Shown here: positions 1 to 11,824 of the stretch, in pieces
Layout: every line of letters begins with the position of its first letter
How positions within the stretch are numbered: position 1 is the stretch's first letter
Assembly (NCBI GenBank): GCA_002633005.1
Contig: NMRA01000071.1
Location: 949,961-1,013,960 of the forward strand
From: Phoronis australis
Taxonomy: Eukaryota; Animalia; Phoronida
DNA: 64,000 bases
Direction of reading: 5' to 3'
Position numbers and translations under genes: made by a program
The notes under the pieces: model-generated
The model's database searches: none
Told to the model about the DNA's origin: nothing
Seen by the model: the letters and a program-made list of their open reading frames with translations, nothing else

Positions 1-1114
1 CTGTCAACAAAGATTGTGCGCACAGTGGTTCATACTTACATTTGCATTGGTGACAAATTGTCCACCACATGCCTGCTGTATTAACCATCAATTACGACCA
101 GGTGCACTGGTTGTGGGTAAAGCAGCAACTGAACAGGGTCCAGGGATGTGTTTCTTTAAAAGTGACTTAAAAGTTAAAACTATAATTTGGTCTCAAGCTC
201 CGAGTTTACAATAACTGAATTAAGATTTAGCAAAACACAAATTAGCACGTCACTCCAGAAACAATTTACAACAGAATCACAGTTATAATGATCGATATAT
301 GCCCAGATACATGTATCTCTCTTTGTTTGTCAGAAATGGTTAGTCCTAGCCGAAGACCAAATTTCTAACTTTGGTCCTCGGTCACTTTTCATGGAACAGG
401 GCCCAAATCAGCGTCTCAACTAATCTTTCTAGAAAATGACTTCAAAATCTCAGATCCGTCTGAGAAATTATCTCTGAAGCAACGGTGCAATTGTTGTACA
501 GATTTGTAAGTTTTCGAAGCGTGCCAGGCAATCGGCCAATTTTAGAGACAAATTTCGATTAAGGGGGTGAGATAAGAGCATCAAGCTCAGCTTTTTGCTC
601 TTTTTGTGACACTTCTTTTCAACATTTTTTTAGATCTTGAGGCCAATGTATAAAATGACGGAATCAATTGAATAAATGACGCCACTGAATACAACCCCAA
701 ATTTAAGTTAAAGAGAACTTACGGTTAAGTAAAGAGCCCCCTTTAAACATTTAAATTCTGTCTTATGTACGTCTTCAAAAACGGAAAGACATTTTAAGCC
801 TACAATTAAAGTGCGCGTGTGAATGTTCAGCACGTTCTGACTACGTAGTATGGTTTATAAATGAATCGATAACGTCGGAGCAACTTACGTGCAAAATTCA
901 TTGTTTTCTGTGTCTTTCACACAGTTTCACGTAATTCACACAACGTAAACATATGTTTTCTGAATACGCGGAAGACCAGCACATTTGGGTTGTGGACAAT
1001 ATAAAGACACTTCGCCCATCAGATGCACGTCATTTACATTTGCAATTTTTGACCATGTACTCTGCTCACTATGGATGGAACAAATTTTGCAATGCCAGAT
1101 TTCGTGCATTTTTT

Positions 1115-1662
1115 ACTCAATAGCCAGCTAGCTGTATGAAGACTGTCGTCAAAATACAGCTAGGTCCCACTGCGTGTATTTCTTCCGTAGACAGCGAAAT
1201 TGCACACAGCCAAGGTAGTTCTGCTCGTCACCGCGCCATGAAACTTGTATCAACATATAAAGCTAAAGACCGGACGGTGTGCATGCAACATATGGGAGTC
1301 AACCGACACTCACCTTGCCCGTCACAGCCGTTTAAGTGAAAAACAATGCAATAAACTTCATTTTCTTGCGTAACTCTCCGCCTTTTCTAACAATGAAAAG
1401 TATTTCGTCGTTTTGAAAACAGTACGCTCGTGTCACGCTCACGCGCCATTTCCTAAATTTTTGCGACATCTCTCGGGATATAATGATAGCTTAGGAGCAA
1501 CAAAATTTCTTCAGAAATTCGATTTTTCGGTATCAAAATTCTAAAAACTTTCAATGAGGTGAAACCAGTTCTGATAATTTGTTGTGACGTGTACGCAACC
1601 TCGTGAAAGAACAACAGTTGATTGAAGAATCGGCGAAAAAAGAAACTGGCCAATAGGTGACA
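1115..1662. repeat. Interspersed repeat copy 1 (family shared with 36700-37235 and, inverted, about 21010-21115)
   Basis: Colinear high similarity to 36700-37235 (tagccagctagctgtatgaagac...aaactggccaataggtgac). Its distal part matches the reverse complement of about 21010-21115. Confidence 0.85.
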
Positions 1663-2181
1663 CAATATTTCACGGCGCCGAAAGCCGTCGCTAAAGATCG
1701 CGCTACAACTTTAGCAGCAGAATAACGGTAGAACGCCATTTTTACCAACACCGTTAAATAATTTAGTTTACTAAAGGAAGACTGTAGTTTTTAATGACAC
1801 CAATTTTGTGTCAGATTTTATCTTGCCACTTTTTTACCCACATCGGTGCAAAGCTGTATATTTATATACAGCTTTGTACCAAGGCTAGCTTCATAAAAGC
1901 ATTTATGCTATAATTCAGACTTGCATGGCTATTGCATCCCGTTAATTAACATTTTGGCGGGAATACGAGTCCGGAATCGAACCCGCTTCACTAAGGTTTC
2001 GCCATAGCAAATGAGCCATTTCGAACATGATGTCATATTACGACGAAAATTGATGACATAAATTATCCAAAATACACCCGGGCTCTAGATTATGGTTGGA
2101 TTACGGCTTTGCCATTAATAATCTTTATTTATCCCAGACGTGTTGACAAAGTTGAGTGCAATATGACAATGCGCTGAGTGA

Positions 2182-2427
2182 ATGCCCCTACATTACAGTG
2201 CATCGTTCCCGAACTATGAGGTTGCGAAGAAAGCGGATTTATTGTTTTTTCGACTTCCTCGAGAGTCTGAAATGCTTAGGAAGTGGCGCGCGGTGGTGAA
2301 GAATGAAAGGTACGCTGTTAATAGCAAGTATGAGGCCGTAAAACATCTCCGTGTGATTCCTCTGACGAATTCCGGCTTACTGCCTGAGAAACATAACGAT
2401 CCGACCCGTGAAGTCTTCGTCGGATGA
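2182..2427 (+). pseudogene. Degenerate THAP zinc-finger relic, likely from a DNA transposon
   Basis: MP..(Cys lost)..N..LLFFRLPRESEMLRKWRAVVK resembles the THAP signature MPxxCxxxxC..FFxFP...RxxW. The zinc-binding Cys residues are missing. Confidence 0.5.
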
Positions 2428-3978
2428 GCTCTCGACTAAGTCGGAAATGGCGCCGGACGAGTTGTCATGTAGACGTTTTTTTATTCTGCGTTCTGTTTCA
2501 AAATGAATTATTCTCATCCTAATCAATGCTTATATAAAACTGAAACAAAGTCTGTCTCATGAGATACAATATGAAATGCCTTTGCAGTATTCGTGAGTGC
2601 AAATGTTGAGAAGCCAGCAATGAATAAACTACTACGTTACTGGCTTTAGATGCAATAAACCTAATTCACCTGGCACCGAGGCCGTGTGAGCGCATGCTAA
2701 TTCAGTGTTCGCTGACAGAAAGCTGTTGTGAAACAATTACTCGAGTTTACATACTATGGTCACATGCTAGGGGAATCTTTATTTAGAAATACAAAATTAA
2801 TACATTATTCCAATCATTGTTACTGTACAACCTTTGCCAGACCTCGTGGCAACCGACATGTAAGTAGATTTCTTTGGCTTACTATTATAGTCTTTTCATG
2901 ACTGGAGGTTTAATTTCAACTTAAGCTGGTTTATGTTCGGGCTAGTCCCGGCGGCCGCGACGGGCCTTATCGGGTTCCGAGCCACTGGCAAGGATAACGA
3001 GTCAGTCCAGCTGCGACGAGCCTGATCGGGTTCCTAGCCACTGTCCGGGATAACAATAAACGTTTTGTGCGTTTAGAACTAAAAAAATCACAAGTCTAAA
3101 CAACGCAGACCCAGGTTCTCCTCTCTGTATTTCAAGGAAGATTACTTCGAATTTATCTCTGAACAGAACCCAAAATCTTGCTACGAACCTTTTTAAATTG
3201 GCCTGCTTAACTTTGCATGCTACGGTGTGTCCAAATACCAATAAATCCGTAACAGCGAAATAAAGCAACACGTTTTTAAAGAACCAGGTGTATTTCTAAG
3301 GGTTTTACATCGAAATTTGATGATTTATTGGTGTTAAACGATGAATTCAAGCGATAAGCCGACACCAGTAACCCGTGTTGTGAACAGCTGAACAGACTGC
3401 GTGTGAAACCAATGACGTCATGGGATAATTTCAACACCTCTGTATGCCTTCAGGTGTCAGGTAACGCATCCGAACGTGCGGTTATCGAGTAGAACCACTT
3501 GATCTAAATTGATTCAAACTAGGTTGTTCTTTTGGGTGGCATTCTCTTTTAACGCTATTGCTGAGAAAAATAACATTGCTACGGAGCCCGTAGGCTAAGT
3601 CCATAACTGGTAGTTGACACATTTCTACACGTTTTGATTTGCTGTTCTTTCCTCGAATGTTCCTGTTCCTCAAACCACTAAATATTCACTCCCAAGTGTG
3701 CTCGTATTTACATGCATTCGCTCCCATAGGCTTCCCCTCTCCTCAGTGGGATGCACTGCTCTCCAACATTGTGAGGGACGTTTTTCGCAGCCTGCCCCTT
3801 CCTGCTCTTCACGCCTGTGTTAAGGTAACAGAGTTTGGTTCAAGGTGTAATTACAAAAACCCAGTGTTTTACGATATTCCTCCGTTCCAATGACCCAAAA
3901 CTACGATGTCAAGTCTGTTCCAATATTTCCCGGCTCGATGATCCCTAGACCCGATGTTCTATGTCCGTAGCTAGCTGA

Positions 3979-4154
3979 GTGCACGTCATTACCACTGCCG
4001 TCAATTTTCAATCAGTTACAGTACGTCGAAGATGTCTCGAATGGTAAGAATTTTGTTCAGGCTGACGTGCACGTCATTACCACTGCCGTCAATTTTCAAT
4101 CAGTTACAGTACGTCGCAGATGTCTCGAATGGTAAGAATTTTGTTCAGGCTGAC
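3979..4154. repeat. Tandem duplication, 2 x 88 bp
   Basis: gtgcacgtcattaccactgcc...ttgttcaggctgac is repeated with one mismatch. Confidence 0.95.
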
Positions 4155-4889
4155 ACTGCCCAATGTAGAAACAAAATATTCGGGAAGCTAAAAGGCTAGG
4201 TGGATACGATAATTCCCAGTTACGCCTGTCGCAAGAAATCGTACTATAAAGAACCGCCAGCGACTTTGGCGGAATCTGCTAACGCCAATTTGTCTGAGAT
4301 GCAATAAGCGAAAAACAAAATTTGACTTGCAGTTTTTTATTTCTGCAAGATGATTCACAAACATCCAGTAACGTATTGCCAACGTTTGAATTCAGAAATC
4401 GAGAGACAGCAAATCGGCCAGCGAAGTACACTGTCCGTTCGGTCACTACACATCCTCGATGACTTAGCAATTACACTCATCAAATTAGGGAGAATTTGAC
4501 ATCTTTCGGTGAGTTATGGAAATTCTTCAAAATACGAGAGCTTCCTACCAAAAGCGAATTGGAAAGGTGGGCAAAACCACTATCACATTTCTCTGGCCCG
4601 ATTTTTTCGAATATATGTTTTATCTAGTACACTGCAGACGGAAACTCAGCGCGGCAGTCCGGCGGAGGAGGCATTGAAGCCGGCGGAGTTCTTAAACTTT
4701 GCGAACATGGGAAGAAAATAAAGTGACAAAACGTTAAAGTATTATGTTTTGAAGTAAATCCATGACACGAGACAAGAATTCGTTACGTGTATTATAATTC
4801 ACATAGCCAAACCACCATCTCAGAGATCGTTGTTGCACTCTGGTTGTGATCATCGATCTAAAACTTGGGGAATCGCGAGTTTGTGTAGC

Positions 4890-5082
4890 ACTGGGCGCTA
4901 AATCTTCAACTTTTAAAAGTCGGGGATTGGTGCTTAAGCGAGAGGTGGGCGCCTAACTGGAAATCTTCAAAAATCGTAGATGGGCGGTTAACCGAGCAGT
5001 GGGCGGTTAAATTGAAAATCCACCTAAAGTAGGGGGTGGGCGGATAACTGAGCATGGGCGTTAACCCGAACGTTTAGGGTAA
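4890..5082. mobile_element. Tc1/pogo-type MITE end with reiterated gggcg(g/c)ttaa subterminal motifs
   Basis: About 8 copies of tgggcg(g)ttaa(c/t), ending in ..cgtttagggta. Confidence 0.35.
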
Positions 5083-5229
5083 AAAACTCAGAGTTAGATC
5101 CGACTGTGACTCGGTCACAAAATGTAAAGAGTTCCTGCTATAACCCTGTGTCTCGAAAGGCATTTTATTAATATCTCTTAAGAGATTCAAAAACCTTTAG
5201 TATACCCGTTGCTAAGAAAATGCCAAAAA

Positions 5230-6090
5230 CTAAAATATTAATTTTGTGTTATCAGGGGATGTACGTAATGAGTGGAAGCTCGTCTCCCCCGCTATTTTTT
5301 ACCAGAGCGATACTGGAAAGTTGTGAGGAAAGTCCGCGAATAACAGTCTTTTCAGACATGAAAAGGTGCTTTTGTGGAGCCTGTAGTAACACAAATATGA
5401 CTTAAAACGTCTCTGTGTTCAAAGTTCATAAATACGTGAAAGTTGCACAGGAATGGCATCGATTTGTGCACCACACGATTGTGTAGAATGGCATTGTGGA
5501 ACATGCAATTCAGTCGGAAGCCACAAGTTGTTCGACACGTTTCAAGGAATCTTGTTTCGATCAAACACAAAAGTGGCATTACGATGAAGGACTCTCCATC
5601 CTGTAAGTGTATTATTTGCAAATTCCATAAATAACGAACAAACTGCTTCAATTCTAGGGCGAGTGATGTCAGGCCCTCGACCACGACCCAGATCGAGTGC
5701 TACGACACGTAGGCTTATGCATTGTGTTTAGACCCTGCTCATTCCGTCATGGTCATAGTAAATTCGAGTGACACAGGTTTACTGTGGCCTTTGTCGGCTG
5801 TGGTGATAAAGTGTGTGTTTTCTGAATACTTTCCACTCCTTGGTTCAGTTGGTTGTGCCTCACATATGTCTTCGGCATTTCTCGTGCAAGTTGGTCGAGC
5901 TCATACGGCCTCAATGCCAACGAAAATTCGAAATTGTTAAACCGATTTCATTGTGTGATTCTTCAAGTACTTGTGATGGACGTATCCACCCTCTTTTCTG
6001 CATAATTGTCCCATTCTCGCTCAAAATCTTATCTGATGTTTTCCATCATTGCAATTGATTGTCAAGAGACCAAACGCCTTCTACCCATTA
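5230..6090 (-). pseudogene. Possible decayed intronless coding sequence downstream of the 538-aa ORF
   Basis: Minus-strand translation gives protein-like stretches broken by stops and frameshifts, e.g. LRPYELDQLAREMPKTYVRHNQLNQG.. and GPDITRPRIEAVCSLFMEFANNTLTGWRVLHRNATFVFDRNKIP*NVSNNLWLPTELHV..FKSYLCYYRLHKSTFSCLKRLLFADFPHNFPVSLW*. No homolog recognised. Confidence 0.35.
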
Positions 6091-6570
6091 CCTCGATTGG
6101 CGGAAAACGTTGAAACAACTAATTCTTTTTCGAAATACAAAAATCTCCACTATTTGACATAAAACACTCTTTTAGTTAGATTCTATGGTATTTATTTCAT
6201 GTTAACTATTTGAAACCTCAAGAACTAAAATGCATGATGGGAACTCTTAAACTCTCAAACTTATCATCCAAGTGCAAAGGTGTAAGGTTACTTAAAGATT
6301 GCCGTGCAGTTTGCCGAGTGCAGAGAATGAACCACGAGCCGACAGATCAAAGATCTAGCCCGTATTGCCTTCTGTGCGTATGATTGTTGATGCAGCATTT
6401 TTTAATTGTCAGTACAAGTTATTGCACTTTTCAATGCAGTTCATGCCAAAGATATTGGAATCAAGTGGCTTCAAGATAAACACAGTATTTAAATGTTTAA
6501 ATGAATGGTTTAAAACGATATTTAAATGAGGCGCACGGAAATTAAAAATAATATGTTCAAACAATTCATT

Positions 6571-8187
6571 TTACGACCTGTGACTGTATTTTAAATGGGC
6601 AATAGACACGTAACCATTTTTACAAAGACATCGGTGTCTTGTTCCGTCGTTCCTTAGAATCTTCTGTACACTTTCACCGGTGAAATGTGATAAAGGGATA
6701 TATATTCGATTGCAACATTTTTCCTTGGGGTTGCAGTTTACTTCTGCTCTTTTCCAAAGTTGTTGGTCGAGTGGAGGTTTGAAACCTAAATCTTTAAGAC
6801 CTAAATCGTCGTCAGATAACCTTGCATGATGTCTTTGTCGGCGCCTTGGGTTATGCTTCGTTTTCAATTTACCACAGTGACCTGTGTTTGGCCTCCTCAT
6901 TGGAACACTATCGTTGTAGTCTCGGCTATCGCTTTGAGCCCTATCAGGTGCAATTTTAGTGAGCACCTCCACTTTGAATTGATCTATTGCAGAATTTTTG
7001 GAAAAGTCTGGCAATCTTAATAAGGACTCGTCCAAGTCATCATTGGTTCTTTTTTGGTCCTCACGTGGTGACATGGCTGAAAACTCTTGTTTTCCAGAAC
7101 ACATCTCCGGTGGCACTGTCTGTGGGGTACTTGCCGAACTAAATGTATGAGGTTTTCGGAATTGACCTTCCTTAAACGCTTTTTGTGGTGTATTGTTTAT
7201 TATGCGTTTTGAGATCATCGGCATTTCGATTTGGTTGAACGGAAAGCTTTTACACGGCAAAGGACGTAGAGTGTTCTCTGATACAGTATTGTCGGCGACG
7301 AATATGTCACAGGATGAGTCGAGGAATGAGTTTGGTAATGTAAGAAATATTGAATTAATGCTACCGTCTTTGTTATCGGGAGAACAATTTAATTTGACAC
7401 CCTTACTCTTCGGGGACTCCTTGGTGGCCGCTGGTTTTTCCTCTGCATTTGTCATTGTATCTGACTTTGTAAACATTTCTGTTATGTTTTCCAGGTCGTA
7501 GATAACTGGTAGAGAACAAGTATTGTTTGTTGACTTACTAGGGGTGTTACATGTGAGGTTAGCCTGTTGTCGACATCTTTTATAATCCTTTTCCTCCAAT
7601 TGCACGAACTGTTTGACATTAATTGCCTTTTTCTTGGCTAAATTGTCACAGTAAACTTTCGGCAAAGAGTTTGAATTATGAAGAACAAGTCGGCAATGTC
7701 GAATAGTTGGAGTAATTTCTTTCGTTTTTGATCTCGTACTGTATGCGTTTGTCGGCGGATCGGCTTTACCAACTACCTCCGCCGTGTCCATTATGTTGCC
7801 CGGGTCCTGACTCGACATGGCACACGCATCGCTTTCCGCTTTAGAAATTTTAACACATTTAAGCGAAGGATGTTTCATTACGTCTTTTCTACGAACTTCT
7901 TCGGCTTTTTTGTTTCTATTGATGCATGATATCTGCTCATACTCTCTCCTGTACTTCACTGGCAATGGTCTCCTATGCCACATCCTGTGTCTTTGTCCAA
8001 GTAGGTCGTAGTTCTTAAGAATGTCTTGAGCGATTTCCAGTAGTACCTTCGTTGCTCTAGGGAACTGCTCGCAGTTTACTTGTATAAAAGTGTCACAGGA
8101 TGGCGAACTTCGGGTTCTCTTGGTTCGCCGGAAATTTTGTGGCATGATATCATTTGAGAGTTCCATCTTACCGACAATGATAGTCAT
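6571..8187 (-). CDS. Uncharacterised intronless 538-aa ORF (basic N-terminus, S/T/P/K-rich middle, Cys/His-containing C-terminus)
   Basis: A 1.6-kb uninterrupted ORF in AT-rich DNA, far longer than chance, with an ATG start and AT-rich flanks. No domain recognised by eye. Confidence 0.7.
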   Translation of the reverse strand: MTIIVGKMELSNDIMPQNFRRTKRTRSSPSCDTFIQVNCEQFPRATKVLLEIAQDILKNYDLLGQRHRMWHRRPLPVKYRREYEQISCINRNKKAEEVRRKDVMKHPSLKCVKISKAESDACAMSSQDPGNIMDTAEVVGKADPPTNAYSTRSKTKEITPTIRHCRLVLHNSNSLPKVYCDNLAKKKAINVKQFVQLEEKDYKRCRQQANLTCNTPSKSTNNTCSLPVIYDLENITEMFTKSDTMTNAEEKPAATKESPKSKGVKLNCSPDNKDGSINSIFLTLPNSFLDSSCDIFVADNTVSENTLRPLPCKSFPFNQIEMPMISKRIINNTPQKAFKEGQFRKPHTFSSASTPQTVPPEMCSGKQEFSAMSPREDQKRTNDDLDESLLRLPDFSKNSAIDQFKVEVLTKIAPDRAQSDSRDYNDSVPMRRPNTGHCGKLKTKHNPRRRQRHHARLSDDDLGLKDLGFKPPLDQQLWKRAEVNCNPKEKCCNRIYIPLSHFTGESVQKILRNDGTRHRCLCKNGYVSIAHLKYSHRS

Positions 8188-9221
8188 GCAATAAGGTCAC
8201 GTGCTTGTTTGCGTCATAGTGACTATAAAACACATAAAGGGTGATGAAATCTCTTCAAAATTGTGAAATACTTTACTGTTTGAAACAGTTGTTTCAAGAC
8301 ATTGTTAAAACTGCATTATTATCTGTTGTCAGTCCAACAAAAGCGAAATAAAATTAGACCACTTTTTACCATTTTGATTGGACTTTGATACATGTTGCTT
8401 GAAATTGAAGTTAGACCTAATTTTAGAATTTTTATAAAACGTTGCCTTTTTCAACAAAACGTCTATTTTCAGTAGATAAAATGACAAATGAAGACGGCCT
8501 TACAACACCCGAGAAAGCAACGAACATGAATACTTGTATCCAGTATTTCGAGTTTCGCAACTAGTTATTGTACTCGAGACACTTACATACCTATTTGCAC
8601 TGTACCTCAGTGATGATTGCAAATTGACGGATAGTGAAATGTTAAACAAAACAAATTTCATTTAACATTCTGTAAAACGTAAATGTACCGATTGTCAAAC
8701 TTTCGCTAAGAAAAACATGATGCGGAGCTAAAAATGCGAGAGCGAGAGTTAACACTGGAACGGGAAAAGTTTGAAATGGAGAAGACAGAAAGGGAGGGGA
8801 AGCTAACTGTAGAACACAACATGTTAAATCTCATCTAAAGATTGATTAAAAAAATTGACTGACTTATTTGTGTTAGATGTTATGAGAATTAAAATAAAGG
8901 AAGTTGCATTCGCAGAGTGATTTGTATGTATTTTGTAAACTAGCGGATATGTACTACGATAACTTGACACCCTGAGCTCAGTTATTCTATTCACGTTTAC
9001 TTTCAAGGTCACATAAAAATTTAGCTCTTGCGAAACCCATTTTTAGCGTAACGTGAATGGGCACGCGCAAGAATATATGCATGATAATTCACGTTCACGT
9101 CGCTTTGAGAAACCTCCCTAATGCCATTTACTATGACGTTAATAGATAGGGTATTGTGATAAAAAATTCAAGGTACGTACATGGAATGGGCTTGAGTAAC
9201 AAAGGATTAACGGCATAAGTG

Positions 9222-9572
9222 TGACCAGACTAATGGGTACAGGATGGTGTAAAGGAGTGGTCAGACTAATGGGTACAGGTGTAAAGGAGAGGTCAGACTA
9301 ATGGGTACAGGTGTAAAGAAGTGAGCAGACTAATGGGTACAGGTGAAAAGGAACGGTCAGACTAATGGGTACAGGTGTAAAGAATTGACCAGACTAATGG
9401 GTACAGGTGTAAAGAAGTGGTCAGACTAATGGGTACAGGTGTAAAGGAACGGTCAGACTAATGGCTACATGTGTTAATGAGTCGTCAGACTAATGGGTAC
9501 AGGTGTAAAGGAACGGTCAGACTAATGGGACAGATGCAAAGGAGTGACCAGACTAATGAGTACAGGGGTAAA
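9222..9572. repeat. 32-bp minisatellite, about 11 copies
   Basis: Unit cagactaatgggtacaggtgtaaaggaNNggt. Confidence 0.95.
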
Positions 9573-11463
9573 ACACCAACATCCTGTATGATGGATGCGA
9601 AAATTTAACTTTACAGTAATTGAAATTATTGTAAGAGCACTACGCAGAGAGGTACATGTATCGCTACAGCGCAGCCCACTAACACTGTACTTAGACTAGA
9701 GAGACCTACAACTGTAAATTGGACATGAGATACCTAGAAATAGATAAGTACCATTACATGTAGACAGGGATGAATTATGCAAACAATCCCTAAGAGGGGA
9801 TTAACAGAAATGGCGTAGAACAAATTGATTTCGATAAGCCTATTTGACAGATAAATGAATTTCTAAATAGCCCGGTCATACTGCAATCCACCATCGTGCC
9901 CAAAAGCAAGCGGGTGTTGGGTGGACAGGCACTCGTGCCCACCTACATATATCATGTAATGGGGAAGGGAAGGTTCAACCTACTGGTGTAAATAGTGTTT
10001 TAACAGCTCTACGCTGCCATAATGGCGGGAAATTTAATTTGTTTTGCGGTAGGATGTACAGTAAAAGACAAGTCATTTGAAATATCAGTGGATGGACAGT
10101 GGCATAATGTTCTATGAATTTTGCATAGCGAAGAAAAATCTGTGACAAAGCCAGTGGCTGTGGCTAATAAAGGGTGTTTTCAATCCCAGCCGGTGTCAAG
10201 CCGTAAAATAGATTAGTGATCCTACAATGTAAACTAATGAAACAGTGGCTGACAGTGTAAATTATTTATCTACATACGTTGAAATTAATATACCACTGTA
10301 CAGTACTTAGATTTCTGTCCAACAACTCAGGATCAAGCGGAAGACAGTTTTGTGCTCTCATTGGTACTCTGGAGTGAACCAATATGAAAAGTCTACACCC
10401 ACTAAAGAAATCTTCCAAAGCCTAGATGCATAGGGTGATTAGGGAGGATGGGCCCAGCCCCTGTTGGCAGCTCCAACAAATAAAACAGCGGAAGCGCGTC
10501 TGAGGAAATATTGGGTTTATTAACCCCAGAAATTAATATTATGTGGCTGAAACTAGATTTTACAATGTGTGAAATTTTAGTTTTTGTGTACGTGTGGGGG
10601 TGACCCGATTTCAAAATGCCCGATTCAGACGACCGGTGCAATCGTAACGGCAACTATAGCTAAGTAATGCCGCACCCGGTCTGTATATGCGTGATATCCC
10701 AGGCGACCGCCACTGGTGCTTAACAACACCATTCCGTTTCCGCCGTCTACTCCACTCTGCAAAAAAGAGTATTTCAGTTTTTTAAAGAAAAGAAGAGACT
10801 GACTATGAAGAAACAGGAGCTGCCGGTAAGATGTAAATTTTAATCGTAACTTTATTGAATCACTCAGAAATACACAAGTCTGTCTGTGGTTAATACCAAC
10901 ACGAAAAATGTATTTGCTCTTTTGAGCAACTCAAGAATGCTACCATATGAAAAGCACTATATACTAAAAAATCTTACATAACTAATATTTTGTGCATGTG
11001 TTTGGATGCTGGCCTACAGTACACTGCTGCAATATTTGCACTCAGTGACCTTTGGTTACCTAGATATGACCTATTTAGCTATACAGGCATATTTTGAAAT
11101 TTTTTCATCTCAGTAAAATTGCATTTTTTGAACGGCAAGAAATCAGACTTGGAAAACTGGTGACAAAATTTGACATTGGTCGTGATAAAGACTAATGCAA
11201 AGTCAGTAAGAAAATGACATTTTTAAACCACAGAAGCAATTAAAATTCTAGCTGGGGAGAAAACTACGAGTAAGGCGATATTTTCTCAAATGAGACTATC
11301 TTAGTCTTAAAGTGTGCGGAACGGTTCCACACTTTTTAATATCCACTTAGGGCCATAAAAATGGTATGTAACAAATCTATACCTTACCCTAAACATGTTT
11401 ACAATGTTACATTTTTATTTCCTCAATTAGCATTTTCTTAATTAGAAGTCCAATTTTTGCCTT

Positions 11464-11645
11464 GCGGAATATTCCGCACTGACCGCGGAATATTCCGCAC
11501 TGACCGCGGAATATTCCTCACTGAGTGCTGAATAATCCGCACTGAGTACGGAATATTTCGCACATTTGCGGAATATTCCGCAGATTTTACGGAATATTAC
11601 GCAGACTTTGCGGAATTTACGCACTGCGCAAGTTTTGTGGAATAC
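11464..11645. repeat. About 21-bp minisatellite built on the palindrome GCGGAATATTCCGC
   Basis: gcggaatattccgcactgacc tandem units, decaying rightwards. Confidence 0.9.
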
Positions 11646-11753
11646 TGTGACTTGAAAAATATTATGTATATTTTGTGGAATAATAATCAGGTTCATGCGA
11701 GAGCGCTAAATACCACAAAAAAGTTTCTCTCACAGCATAGAATTTTAATTGGA

Positions 11754-11824
11754 AGCGTTGTGGTGCAGTGGAAGAGCACGGACACTCTGATCTAGGAGTC
11801 ATGCTTTCGAGTGCGGGCAATATC
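11754..11824 (+). pseudogene. tRNA-derived sequence (SINE head or pseudo-tRNA)
   Basis: gcgttgTGGTGCAGTGGaagagcacgg...tttcgagtgcggg has an A box and a degenerate B box at tRNA spacing. Confidence 0.4.

Noticed and set aside
9222-9572. CRISPR-like look: conserved ~24-nt core with short variable segments
   Set aside because: The variable parts are only ~8 nt and are related to each other. There are no unique spacers and no cas genes, and the context is eukaryotic. It is a minisatellite.
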